64,000 bases of DNA from an uncultured Thermoleophilia bacterium (GTDB taxonomy: Bacteria > Actinomycetota > Thermoleophilia > UBA2241): NCBI GenBank assembly GCA_963775255.1, contig CAVZIA010000008.1, positions 1-64,000 on the forward strand, in the 5' to 3' direction. The notes under the pieces are model-generated. The model did no database searches, was not told the DNA's origin, and was given only the letters and a program-made list of their open reading frames with translations. The translations under genes were made by a program, and so were the position numbers. Below are positions 29,118 to 39,312 of this stretch, in pieces (the stretch's first letter is position 1; each line of letters starts with the position of its first letter).

Positions 29118-30935
29118 TGCTCCAGACGCGCACCCGCGCGGCCCTCGCGGCCCTCATCCTGGCCCTGCTGGCGGGACTCGCCGTGGGCCTCGCCGAGGCG
29201 AGGGCCGACAGCCCGTCCCCCGCTGCGAGCACGTCGAAGGTGACGTTGCGCATCGGCTGGACCAGCGAGCCCGACAACCTCAACCCCTTCATCGGCTGGC
29301 AGAACTCCTCGTTCGAGATCTGGGCGATCAACTACGACTTCCTCTTCGGCTTCGGAGAGAACGCGGGCGAGCCCACGCTCGACCTGGCGCGCGAATTCCC
29401 GACCAAGGCGAACGGAGGAATCTCCGCCGACGGCAAAGTGTGGACCGTCAAGCTGCGCACCGGGGTCAAGTGGTCCGACGGCAGACCGCTGACCGCCGAC
29501 GACGTGGCCTTCACGTACAACTACATCGTCAAGAACCACATGCTGAACATGGCGATCGCCACCGTCGGCATCGTCGGCGCCGAGGCGCTCGCTCCCGATG
29601 TGGTGCAGATCACCTGCTCGCGGCCGAAGGCCGACATGGAGCACATCTTCCTGCCATCCTGCCCAGGCATGTCTGGGAGAAGGTCAGCCCGAAGGCGGCC
29701 CAGGCGAGCTTCCAGAACCCGGCACCGATCGTCGGGAGCGGTCCGTTCATCACCACGGAGTTCAAGAAGAGTGGGTACGTCAAGATGGACCGCAACCCGT
29801 ACTACTGGGGCAAGCGACCGGCCGTCGACGAGATCCTCTTCCTCTACTACACCAACGCCGACTCGATGACCGCCGACCTCCGGTCCGGCAACATCGACGC
29901 GGCCTGGGGCATCCCCGACGCGCAGTTCGACTCACTCAAGTCGGTGGGCAGCCTGAAGCCGGTGGCCTACAACTTCTTCAACTGGGACTACATCTGCTTC
30001 AACTGCTTCGAGGGCAAGTCCCTCGGCAATCCCGTGCTCAAGGACTGGCGGTTCCGCAACGCGCTCAACTACGCGGTCGACCGCCAGAAGCTGTGCGACA
30101 TCGCCTACGACGGCAAGGCCACGCCGGGCACCACCATCATCCCGCCCGACACGTGGAAGGACCCCGACTACCACTGGCAGCCGCCCGCCGACCAGCTCTT
30201 CTCCTTCGACCTGGCCAAGGCGGGGCAGCTGCTGGACGACGCCGGGTACCCGCTGGTCGATGGAGTGCGCACGTACCAGGGCAAACCGATCAAGCTCCGC
30301 CTCTGGACCACCACGGACGCGTCGCAGACGCAGACCGCGGTCAAGCTCATCGCGGGGTGGTTCCAGAAGCTGGGTCTCAAGATCGAGCTCTCGGTGCTCG
30401 ACCCCGGCGCCCTCCAGGCCCGCGTGTGGAACTTCCAGGGCGACGCGTATGTGCCCGACTTCGACATGTACGTCTGGGACTGGGCCGGCTACGGCGACCC
30501 CGGTCAGACGCTGTCCGCCCAGACGAGCGCGCAGATCGGCAACACCAACGAGCCCTGCTGGTCCGACGCGGAGTACGACAAGCTGAACGGGGAGCAGGCG
30601 GCGGCTCTGGATCCCGAGGTCCGCAACGGCTACATCCGGCAGATGCAGCAGATCATGTACGAGCAGACGCCGTGGGTGGTGATCACCTACCCGCAGTACC
30701 TCCAGGCGTTCAACACGGAGAAGTGGACCGGCTGGACGCAGATGATGGAGGGCAAGGGTCCAGCCTTCTTCACGACGGGCAACGTCGCCACCTACGTCAA
30801 CCTGCAACCGGCGGCGCAGAAGTTCCACGGGCGGCGGAACCGGCGTCTGGGTGGCCGTCGCCATCGTCGCCGTCGTCGTGGTCCTGATCATCGTCTGGCT
30901 GGTGATGCGCCGGCGGCCCCGGGCCGAGGAGGGCT
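29114..30935 (+). pseudogene. Family-5 (peptide/nickel-type) ABC substrate-binding protein, frameshifted, with no adjacent permease or ATPase genes
   Basis: Signal peptide 'MMLQTRTRAALAALILALLAG'. Three frames are needed (shifts ~29660 and ~30825). A C-terminal hydrophobic tail 'GVWVAVAIVAVVVVLIIVWLVM' is present. Long SBP-5-like body with 'YWGKRP' and 'NPVLKDWRFRNALNYAVD'. Confidence 0.55.
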
Positions 30936-30966
30936 GAGGCCACAGCGAGGTCCGCAGAGCCGCGCG

Positions 30967-32220
30967 TCACGCCGTTCGCTGGCCGGCCTCGTCCAGAGCA
31001 ACCTTGGCGGCGGACCGCTGGCGCACCGGGTCCAGGCCCAGCGTGACCACGGCGGCGACCAGGGCGAAACCGCAGCCGATGAAGAACGGTACCTGATAGC
31101 CGACGTAGTTGAGGATCATGCCGGCGGCCACCGGCACGACGATGGCCGTCGCGTGCAGCAGGGTCACGCCCATGGAGAGGCTCGGGGCGATGTCCTGGGG
31201 CACGGCGATCTTGCGCAGGTACGTGGCCGCGCCGATGGCCGAGAACGGCGCGATGAAGCTGTACACGACGTAGAAGAGGCAGGCGAACCACACGTTGGTC
31301 ATGAGCGCGTAGCCGCCGAGCGCGACGATGTAGGCGACGTTGATGGCCGAGAGCGTGCGCCGCTCGCCGTGGCGGTCGATCATGCGCCCGGCCCACGGCG
31401 AGAACATCATCGCGACGACGGTCGAGAGGATGACGACCAGCGAGACGGCGGACACCCCCAGCCCAAAACGGCTTACGAGCACCCACAGGCCGAACGAGAA
31501 GAACAACTGCTGCCGCGCGCCGTCCAGCAGGTTGAGGACGTAGTAGTAGCGATAGTCCCGCTTGAAGACGAAGGGCTGTCGCGGCATCTGCGCCTTGATC
31601 GGCTTGCCCTCGTGCAGGTGCGGGAACCCGACGATGGCGACGGCGCCCAGCAGCGCGATGAACCCGCAGACCACGTACACCTCGTGGTAGGCGTGCGGCC
31701 ACTTCAGGAACACGAGGAGCACGGCGGCGGTGCCGACGAGCGCCCCCGCCTGCACCACGCCCGCCATCGTTCCCAGCACGCGGCCGCTACGGGACTCGAC
31801 GGCCAGGTTCATGCCCAGGGAGACCTGCGTCTGCAGGACCGTGTGGAACCCGAGGCTCCCCAGGACCACCCAGGGCACGACCGTCCAGAAGCTCGTCGCC
31901 AGCGCGTACCCGGCGATCCCTACGCCGAGGACTACGAGCGCAAGCGACGTGAGACGCTGCTGTGACATGCGGTACAGCAGCGCCGTGATGAAGATAAGCA
32001 GCAAGCCGGGGACCTCGCGGATCGCCGTGATGTAGCCGAACTGCGGCCCGGTGAAGTGCAGGACGTCCGCGAAGTAGTTGGTGGTGACGGCGTTGCTCGT
32101 GTTCATCGAGAGGCCGAACGCGAGCGACATGCCGGCGAGCAGGAGATAGCCGCGGCCCGCCGGCTCGCGCCACATCTGCGGCCAGCGCTTGACCTGCACA
32201 AGTCCCCCGACCCCGCTCAC
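30967..32220 (-). CDS. MFS transporter (12 TM)
   Basis: Hydrophobicity pattern with about 12 helices. GTG start at 32220 preceded by GAAGGAG. The upstream part of the ORF is discounted. Confidence 0.7.
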   Translation of the reverse strand: MSGVGGLVQVKRWPQMWREPAGRGYLLLAGMSLAFGLSMNTSNAVTTNYFADVLHFTGPQFGYITAIREVPGLLLIFITALLYRMSQQRLTSLALVVLGVGIAGYALATSFWTVVPWVVLGSLGFHTVLQTQVSLGMNLAVESRSGRVLGTMAGVVQAGALVGTAAVLLVFLKWPHAYHEVYVVCGFIALLGAVAIVGFPHLHEGKPIKAQMPRQPFVFKRDYRYYYVLNLLDGARQQLFFSFGLWVLVSRFGLGVSAVSLVVILSTVVAMMFSPWAGRMIDRHGERRTLSAINVAYIVALGGYALMTNVWFACLFYVVYSFIAPFSAIGAATYLRKIAVPQDIAPSLSMGVTLLHATAIVVPVAAGMILNYVGYQVPFFIGCGFALVAAVVTLGLDPVRQRSAAKVALDEAGQRTA

Positions 32221-32310
32221 CCAAGCTCCTTCACGTCGCTGCTGCCCCCACCGGCCGCGGGCGATTGCCGGCCCGCGCCCGCTCTCGCCCCGGCGCGAGT
32301 CTATCTGTCG

Positions 32311-32338
32311 TTGACATGCCGTGTTTACGATATATCGT
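32311..32338 (+). promoter_or_regulatory. TTGACA -35-like hexamer followed by a perfect 12-bp palindrome ACGATATATCGT in a locally AT-rich stretch upstream of the His-rich protein gene
   Basis: Read directly. The palindrome sits 27-38 bp upstream of the ATG and is flanked by direct TGACAT repeats. Confidence 0.3.
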
Positions 32339-32364
32339 GACATAGTGATAAGAACAGGAGCGCA

Positions 32365-32691
32365 ATGCATCACCATGCACATCACAGCAGCCTCCACGGC
32401 CGTCCCGACCATCACCACGGCGAGCACGGGCATGGCCGGCACGGGCATGAGGGCCGGCACGGCCACGGCTCGCACGCGGAGCAGGCCGGGCACGCCCACG
32501 GCGCGCAGTCGGCGACCGCCCTCGCCGACGCCGTCCCTGCGTCCGCGATCGCTCCGGCATCGCGGATGACAGCGTCCCGACCGTCCCTGCCACAGACAGC
32601 GGCTTCCACTGCGGGAGTGGGCTGCCCGAAGGACGGCGGGAGCGCGGAGTGCCTCGGCGACTGCCGGTCCTGCCCGCAGCGCGGACTCTAG
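32365..32691 (+). CDS. Histidine-rich metal-binding protein (22 His in the first 46 residues, plus a C-terminal Cys cluster)
   Basis: 'MHHHAHHSSLHGRPDHHHGEHGHGRHGHEGRHGHGSHAEQAGHAHG' followed by 'CPKDGGSAECLGDCRSCPQRG'. Good SD 'AACAGGAGCGCAATG'. Confidence 0.5.
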   Translation: MHHHAHHSSLHGRPDHHHGEHGHGRHGHEGRHGHGSHAEQAGHAHGAQSATALADAVPASAIAPASRMTASRPSLPQTAASTAGVGCPKDGGSAECLGDCRSCPQRGL

Positions 32692-32723
32692 AGGAACCCG
32701 CACCGCCGCAGGCAGAGGAATCG

Positions 32724-32811
32724 TGGTGCCGGAGCCGGGATTTGAACCCGGACGCCGCAGCTGCGACAGGAGATTTTAAGTCCCCGGCGTCTACCAGTTC
32801 CGCCACTCCGG
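32724..32811 (-). tRNA. tRNA-Leu (anticodon UAA), encoded CCA, long variable arm
   Basis: Reverse complement GCCGGAGTGGCGGAACTGGTAGACGCCGGGGACTTAAAATCTCCTGTCGCAGCTGCGGCGTCCGGGTTCAAATCCCGGCTCCGGCACCA. Acceptor GCCGGAG/CTCCGGC, T-arm GGTTCAAATCC, anticodon loop cuUAAaa. Confidence 0.8.
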
Positions 32812-33211
32812 CACGCCCGAAGTATACGACGGGCGATGCCGGACCCGGGCGATCACGCACGAGGGACGCCGGGGGGCGAACGAGGTGACCGACCCGCGGC
32901 CGGGAGCCGCGGGGGGTAGGACTACAGTGATGCGCCCCACGCCGGGGGCGCGTGCCCGGTCAGGAAGCCGGGCCCAGGGCGCCGGTGACGAAGAGCCAGG
33001 CGGCAAACACGAAGAGCGGAGCGGCGAGGGCGTAACGGAAGGTCAGGCGGCGCAGCAGCACGTGGGCTCCTCCCCGGTCGATGGCGTGCTTTCGCAGCAC
33101 GCTACAGGCCGTTCCGGGGACGGTCAACCCGAACAAATTCGGGGGACCAGACCCGCACCAGCGGCGGAGGGAGACCGCGAGCGAGGCTGGGGGACGAAGT
33201 CGGCGCCGGCG

Positions 33212-34182
33212 TCAGCCGGGGGTGAGCGAGCCGTCGGCGAGGGCGAGCGCCGAACCTTCGAGGATGTCGGCCTCGCTGACGCTCACGGCGTCGAGGCCGA
33301 ATGCCCGGCAGGCCTCGCGGGCGATGAGCGCGCCGGCGAGGATGACGTCCTCGCGACCGGGCTGGATGCCCGGCAGCCGGCCGCGCTCGGCGCTGGTCAG
33401 CGCGGCGAACCGGTCGACGGCGGCGTCGACGTCGGCCAGGGCGAGAACGTGGCCCTGGACGACCGCGGCGTCGTACTCGGTCATCCGCAACTTGTGGGCG
33501 ACGAGCGTCGTGTAGGTGCCGGCCACACCGATCATGCCGCGGACCGCGGCGCGCAGGTCGGCCGGCACGGCCTCCCCCACGGCGGCAGTGACGTGACCCG
33601 CCAGGGCCTCTACCTCCGGCGCCGTCGGCGGATCGGCGTGAAAGAAGCGCTCGGTGAGCCGGACCACGCCGACGTCGAGGCTGCGCACGAACGCCGGCGG
33701 CGCGCCGGCGGTACCGACGGCGAACTCGGTGCTGCCGCCGCCGATGTCGACGAGAAGGACGGGGTCCGGCGCCGCGCCCCGGCCGGCGCCCTCACCGTCA
33801 GCGGCGGCGAGCCATGATGTGCCGCCGCGAAAGGCGAGCGCGGCCTCCTCCTCCCCACGCAGCACGCGCCACGGCAGGCCGAACTCCTGCGCGACGACCG
33901 CGCGCAGGAACTGGCGCCCGTCCTGGGCGTCGCGCAGCACGCTCGTCGCGACGAGCAGACGGCGCGCCGGGCCGTAGGCCTCCACACGCGGCGCGTATCC
34001 CGCCAGGCACGCGTGCGTACGCGCCACCGCGTCCGGATGCAGCCGCCCGGCCTCGTCGACGCCCTGGCCGAGCCGCACGACGGTCGTTGCGCGGGCATCC
34101 TGCAGCACGCGCCCATCCTCGACACGCGCCAGGAACAGCCGGCAGGTGTTGGTGCCGAGGTCGACGACGGCGACCTTCATCC
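33212..34182 (-). CDS. ppx: Exopolyphosphatase / guanosine pentaphosphate phosphohydrolase family (Ppx/GppA)
   Basis: 'VAVVDLGTNTCRLFLA' and 'LLVDIGGGSTEF' actin-like ATPase motifs. Start 'MKVAVVDLG'. Confidence 0.8.
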
Positions 34183-34737
34183 CGGGCCCTCGTCGCCGCC
34201 GGCCGGCAGGAACACGGCGCAGCGGCGGTCGGCGCACCAGGGGTCCTCGACCTGCGCGAACATCGCCTCGCCGAGCACGTAGCCCGGTCGCGCCAGCGCG
34301 TGCGCCACGTGCGCGTGCAGGCACTTCACGGCGAGCAGGTCGCTCACGCCGCCGACGCCGGAGCTGAGCGATACGCCGCCGTCGACCATGGCGAGGCCGT
34401 AGCGGCGCACCAGATCGGTGCGGCGCACGGCCTCGTCGGCGGCCGCGTCCGCGGCAGAGCGCGCCAGGGCCGCGTCGGCCGCAAGCCGGGCCGTCCAGCA
34501 AGCCACGCCGCCGCCGCTCTCGAGCCGTGAGACGGCGGCGACCAGCGTCGGGCAGGTGCAGTAGTACAGCGTCGGGAAGGGACGGCCGCCGGCGTCGTAC
34601 GGCAGGTCCTCGACCACGGCCGGGAAGCCGAATGGACAGCGCGCCGGCACAGCGCTCATGGGGTGCGGCTCGCGGCCGAGCTGGCCGGAGACGACGGCGG
34701 CGTCTTCGCCGGCCACCGGCGGCGGCATGGGGGTCAC
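34177..34737 (-). CDS. DUF501-domain protein (conserved neighbour of ftsB and ppx in Actinobacteria)
   Basis: 'CPFGFPAVV...PFPTLYYCTCPTL' conserved block. It sits between an FtsB-like gene and ppx, as in the actinobacterial eno-ftsB-DUF501-ppx cluster. Confidence 0.65.
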   Translation of the reverse strand: MTPMPPPVAGEDAAVVSGQLGREPHPMSAVPARCPFGFPAVVEDLPYDAGGRPFPTLYYCTCPTLVAAVSRLESGGGVACWTARLAADAALARSAADAAADEAVRRTDLVRRYGLAMVDGGVSLSSGVGGVSDLLAVKCLHAHVAHALARPGYVLGEAMFAQVEDPWCADRRCAVFLPAGGDEGPG

Positions 34738-34744
34738 CGGCGCC

Positions 34745-35197
34745 TCAGTGGAGCAGCGTGCGCCAGAGATCGTCCAGACGGTCGAACACCGAGATCGAGG
34801 CCTGGACCGGCGCCGTGCGCTTGCTGGCCGACGCTTCCAGTTCCTTGCCCGGCAAGCCCTTGATGACGAAGAGTTGTGTGTCCCGGGGCACGAGGTCGGC
34901 GTCGGACCGCGCGCGTTGGGCGATGTACGCCTTGGTGGTGAGCAGCTTGACCTCGCGCTCCAGCGCGGTGTTGTCGCTGCGCGCGGCCTCGAGCTGCGCG
35001 GCGGCCTTCTCGTAACGGTTCTGCTGCGCGAAGAAGTCGCGCAGCGGCGAGACGAAGAACGCGGCGCCGATCAGGACCAGCGCGAGCAGGGCCAGCCGGC
35101 CCAGGTGCGGGCGCGGCGCGTGGTGGCGGACGCCACCGGACAGCGCGCGCCGAGGGCGCCCCGTCTTGGAGGTCGCGGCTGAAGTCGCCTGGGTCAC
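34745..35197 (-). CDS. ftsB: Septum formation initiator family protein (FtsB/DivIC-like)
   Basis: Single TM 'LALLALVLIGAAFFV' followed by a coiled coil 'QQNRYEKAAAQLEAARSDNTALEREVKLLT'. GTG start at 35197 chosen; the N-terminus is uncertain. Confidence 0.55.
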   Translation of the reverse strand: MTQATSAATSKTGRPRRALSGGVRHHAPRPHLGRLALLALVLIGAAFFVSPLRDFFAQQNRYEKAAAQLEAARSDNTALEREVKLLTTKAYIAQRARSDADLVPRDTQLFVIKGLPGKELEASASKRTAPVQASISVFDRLDDLWRTLLH

Positions 35198-35339
35198 ATG
35201 CTCCCGTTCCCGGCTCGCTTGCGCCGTCCCGACGGCGCAGGACGGCTTCTTCTCGCTACAAAGGTTCGCGGCCGCCGGCGGATGTCCCTCCCGGCGGCCG
35301 CGAACCCTGGGGTCGCGCGTCTTGGCTGCGGCGCTGCTC

Positions 35340-36125
35340 CTAGAGCTGCTGAAGCGCCTGGTCGGCCTGCTTGCCGGCGTCCGACTTGGGGTCGAGGGCG
35401 ACGGCCCTGGTGAGCGCCTGCTTGGCCTGCGCGTTGTACTTGTCGGTCGTCTTGGTGTCGCCCTCCTGCTTGGCGATGCGTGCCTGGTGGCTGAGGAAGA
35501 CGCCCTTGTTGAGCCAGCCCTTCTGCCAGTCGGGGCTGGCCTTGAGCACCGCGTCGATCTGCTTGAGCGCGCCGCCGATGTCACCGCTGTAGAAGAGCGT
35601 GACGGCGTAGTCGGTGCCGACACTGGGGTCGGTGGACTTCTTCTTCCACGCCGCCGCGTAGATCTTGGCGGCGGCCGAGAAGTACGCACCACCCTGATCG
35701 AAGTTCTGGTTCTGGAACGCCGTATCGCCCTGGTCGTAGAGGTCGTTGGCGCGGGCGACCAGCTCGCTGTAGCTGCCGCTGGTGTCGGCGCTGACGGCCT
35801 GGACCGGCGCGCTGCTGGAGCTCGACGCAGAGGTGCCGTTCGAGCTGCCCCCGAAGCCTCCGGAGACCATGACGACGATGACGATGACGACCACGGCGAG
35901 AGCGCCGAAGCCGCCCCAGATGACGGCCGGCGAGAGCCGGCCGGGGCCGCCGGACGAAGCGACGGTGGACCGGTCGTCGGCCGCGCCGTCGCCCTTGGGG
36001 CCGGCGGTGGCCGCCGCGGGGGCCGCCTTACCGCTCAGCGCGTCCTTCACGCCGGCCAGATTGGCTCCGCACTCCGGGCAGAACTTGGCGTCGCCCGCGT
36101 CGTTGCCGCATTCAGGACAGTACAT
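35340..36125 (-). CDS. Zinc-ribbon / TM / TPR-like repeat protein (hypothetical)
   Basis: 'MYCPECGNDAGDAKFCPECG' double CxxC, a TM segment 'AVIWGGFGALAVVVIVIVVMV', and a Ser-rich linker. The C-terminus carries TPR-like helical repeats. SD AAAGGAAG. Confidence 0.5.
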   Translation of the reverse strand: MYCPECGNDAGDAKFCPECGANLAGVKDALSGKAAPAAATAGPKGDGAADDRSTVASSGGPGRLSPAVIWGGFGALAVVVIVIVVMVSGGFGGSSNGTSASSSSSAPVQAVSADTSGSYSELVARANDLYDQGDTAFQNQNFDQGGAYFSAAAKIYAAAWKKKSTDPSVGTDYAVTLFYSGDIGGALKQIDAVLKASPDWQKGWLNKGVFLSHQARIAKQEGDTKTTDKYNAQAKQALTRAVALDPKSDAGKQADQALQQL

Positions 36126-36200
36126 GCTTGAGCTTCCTTTGGAGTAGACGGGACGTGGTAGGCTCGACCGCCATACGGTCGGCGGTATCTGGAGGCTAGT

Positions 36201-37469
36201 TTGAGGCACGACCGGCCACTTCTGCAACTCGTGGACCAGCTCTTCCCCGAGAGCGCCCCGGTGGACGTGGAGACGACCGTCGCCGCAGGCTTCGAGAGGG
36301 CAGGCGTGCAGGCTCGGATGACGCGCGGCGACCGCGTCGCGATCACGGCCGGCAGCAGAGGCATCCGGGACCTCCCGGCCGTGCTCCGGGCGACGGTCGC
36401 CGCCGTCCGCAAGGCGGGCGGCGACCCATTCATCGCGCCGTGCATGGGCAGCCACGGCGGCGCGACGGCCACAGGGCAGCGCGCCACCCTCGAGAGCCTG
36501 GGCGTGACCCCCGACTCGGTGGGCGCGCCGGTCGTCTCCTCCATGGACGTAGTCAGCGTGGGTGAGAGCTCCTTCGGCGTGCCGGTCTGGACGTCGCGCC
36601 ACCTCGCCGAGGCCGATGGCGTCGTCGTCGTCAACCGCGTGAAGCCGCACACCGACTTTCACGGCGAGGTCGAGAGCGGCCTGATCAAGATGCTCGTCAT
36701 CGGCGCCGGCAAGCACGCCGGCGCCCTCAGCGCCCACAACCTCACGGTGCGGCACGGCTTCCCTGCCGTGCTGCGCGACCACGGCGAACTGCTGCTCGAG
36801 CGCCTGCCGGTGCTGTGCGGCGTCGCCCTCGTAGAGGACCAGCGCGAGCGCACGGCGCTGCTCGAGGTGCTGCCGCCGGACGAGTTCTTCGCTCGCGAGC
36901 ACGTACTGCTCGCGCGGGCCTACGACCTGCTGCCGCGGCTGCCGTTCGACCAGCTCGACGTCCTGGTGGTCGACCGGCTCGGCAAGGACGTCAGCGGCAC
37001 CGGCATGGACACCAACGTCATCGGCCGTTGCTCGTTCTGGGGCGGAGGCGAGAAGCCCGTGCGGCCGCGCGTCAACAGGATCTTCGTGCGCGGCCTCACT
37101 GCCGCCACCCACGGCAACGCGTGCGGCATCGGCATGGCCGACTTCACCACCGCGCGCTGCGCCGCCGAGGTCGACCGGGGCGTCACCGGCGTCAACTGCA
37201 TCACCTCGAACTGCCCCGAGGACGCGCGCATCCCCATCGCCTGCGCCTCCGACCGGGAGGCGCTCGCCGCCGCCCTGCAGACCGCCGGTATCAGGGATGC
37301 GGACGAGGCGCGGCTCGCCTGGATACGCGACACGGCGCACCTGCAGCGCATCGCTGCGTCCGAGGCGCTGCTCGACGAGGTGCGGGCCGGCGCGGCGCTG
37401 CGCCCCGCCGGCCCGCTCTTCCCCCCGCCGTACGACGAGAAGGGCGACCTGCGGTCGCCCTTCTCGTGA
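36201..37469 (+). CDS. LarA-like (lactate racemase / DUF2088 family) protein, orphan
   Basis: 'VAITAGSRGI', 'CMGSHGG' and 'NRVKPHTDFHGEVESGLIKML' resemble the LarA N-terminal domain (THR, PHxxxG, K) as recalled. No larB/C/E genes are in the window. Confidence 0.4.
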   Translation: MRHDRPLLQLVDQLFPESAPVDVETTVAAGFERAGVQARMTRGDRVAITAGSRGIRDLPAVLRATVAAVRKAGGDPFIAPCMGSHGGATATGQRATLESLGVTPDSVGAPVVSSMDVVSVGESSFGVPVWTSRHLAEADGVVVVNRVKPHTDFHGEVESGLIKMLVIGAGKHAGALSAHNLTVRHGFPAVLRDHGELLLERLPVLCGVALVEDQRERTALLEVLPPDEFFAREHVLLARAYDLLPRLPFDQLDVLVVDRLGKDVSGTGMDTNVIGRCSFWGGGEKPVRPRVNRIFVRGLTAATHGNACGIGMADFTTARCAAEVDRGVTGVNCITSNCPEDARIPIACASDREALAAALQTAGIRDADEARLAWIRDTAHLQRIAASEALLDEVRAGAALRPAGPLFPPPYDEKGDLRSPFS

Positions 37470-37564
37470 TCCCGTCCGGCCGGGTGCGGGCCCCGGCCGC
37501 GGCTCGCGGCGAGATCGCCGCGGCGGACGTCAGCCGCGCGAGGACGCGCTGCGGCGCCCGGCGG

Positions 37565-37700
37565 GAGGGCACAGTACGTCAAACCAGCGTACGTTCACGC
37601 GCACGCAATCGGGCCTGAAACGTACGTTCGAACGTACGCGACCCATACGCACACGACCGCGGTGCGCCCCCGCACCGGGCACGCGTACGCACTCACGTGC
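37565..37700. other. Cluster of CGTACG-containing motifs, including a perfect 18-bp palindrome CGTACGTTCGAACGTACG (37621-37638), between convergent gene ends
   Basis: Read directly: AGTACGTC, GCGTACGTTCACGCG, AACGTACGTTCGAACGTACGCG, CGCGTACGCACTCACGTGCG. Confidence 0.5.
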
Positions 37701-37727
37701 GGAGAATCGCGCAAGTGCGCGCAAGAA

Positions 37728-37761
37728 GGGGCGGCGAGGAGCCCCCACTCCTCGCCGCCCC
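37728..37761. terminator. Strong hairpin GGGGCGGCGAGGAG-ccccca-CTCCTCGCCGCCCC downstream of eno
   Basis: 14-bp perfect stem, 55 nt after the eno stop. Candidate bidirectional terminator. Confidence 0.5.
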
Positions 37762-37815
37762 CAAAGCTGACCTCCCAGAGCCGCCTGCTCCGGGCGCGAC
37801 GCGCCCGGCCGCGCG

Positions 37816-39297
<1,482 letters not shown>

Positions 39298-39312
39298 TCA
39301 CCCCGCTCCGGC

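Noticed and set aside
29440-31965. 841-aa + ORF
   Set aside because: Its first ~460 aa are the genuine middle frame of the frameshifted SBP. The remainder is antisense to the MFS transporter gene and is His/Arg/Asp low-complexity.
35340-37340. 666-aa minus-strand ORF
   Set aside because: Only the last 261 codons (from MYCPECG at 36125, with SD) look real. The upstream 400 codons are antisense to the LarA-like plus-strand gene and are low-complexity.
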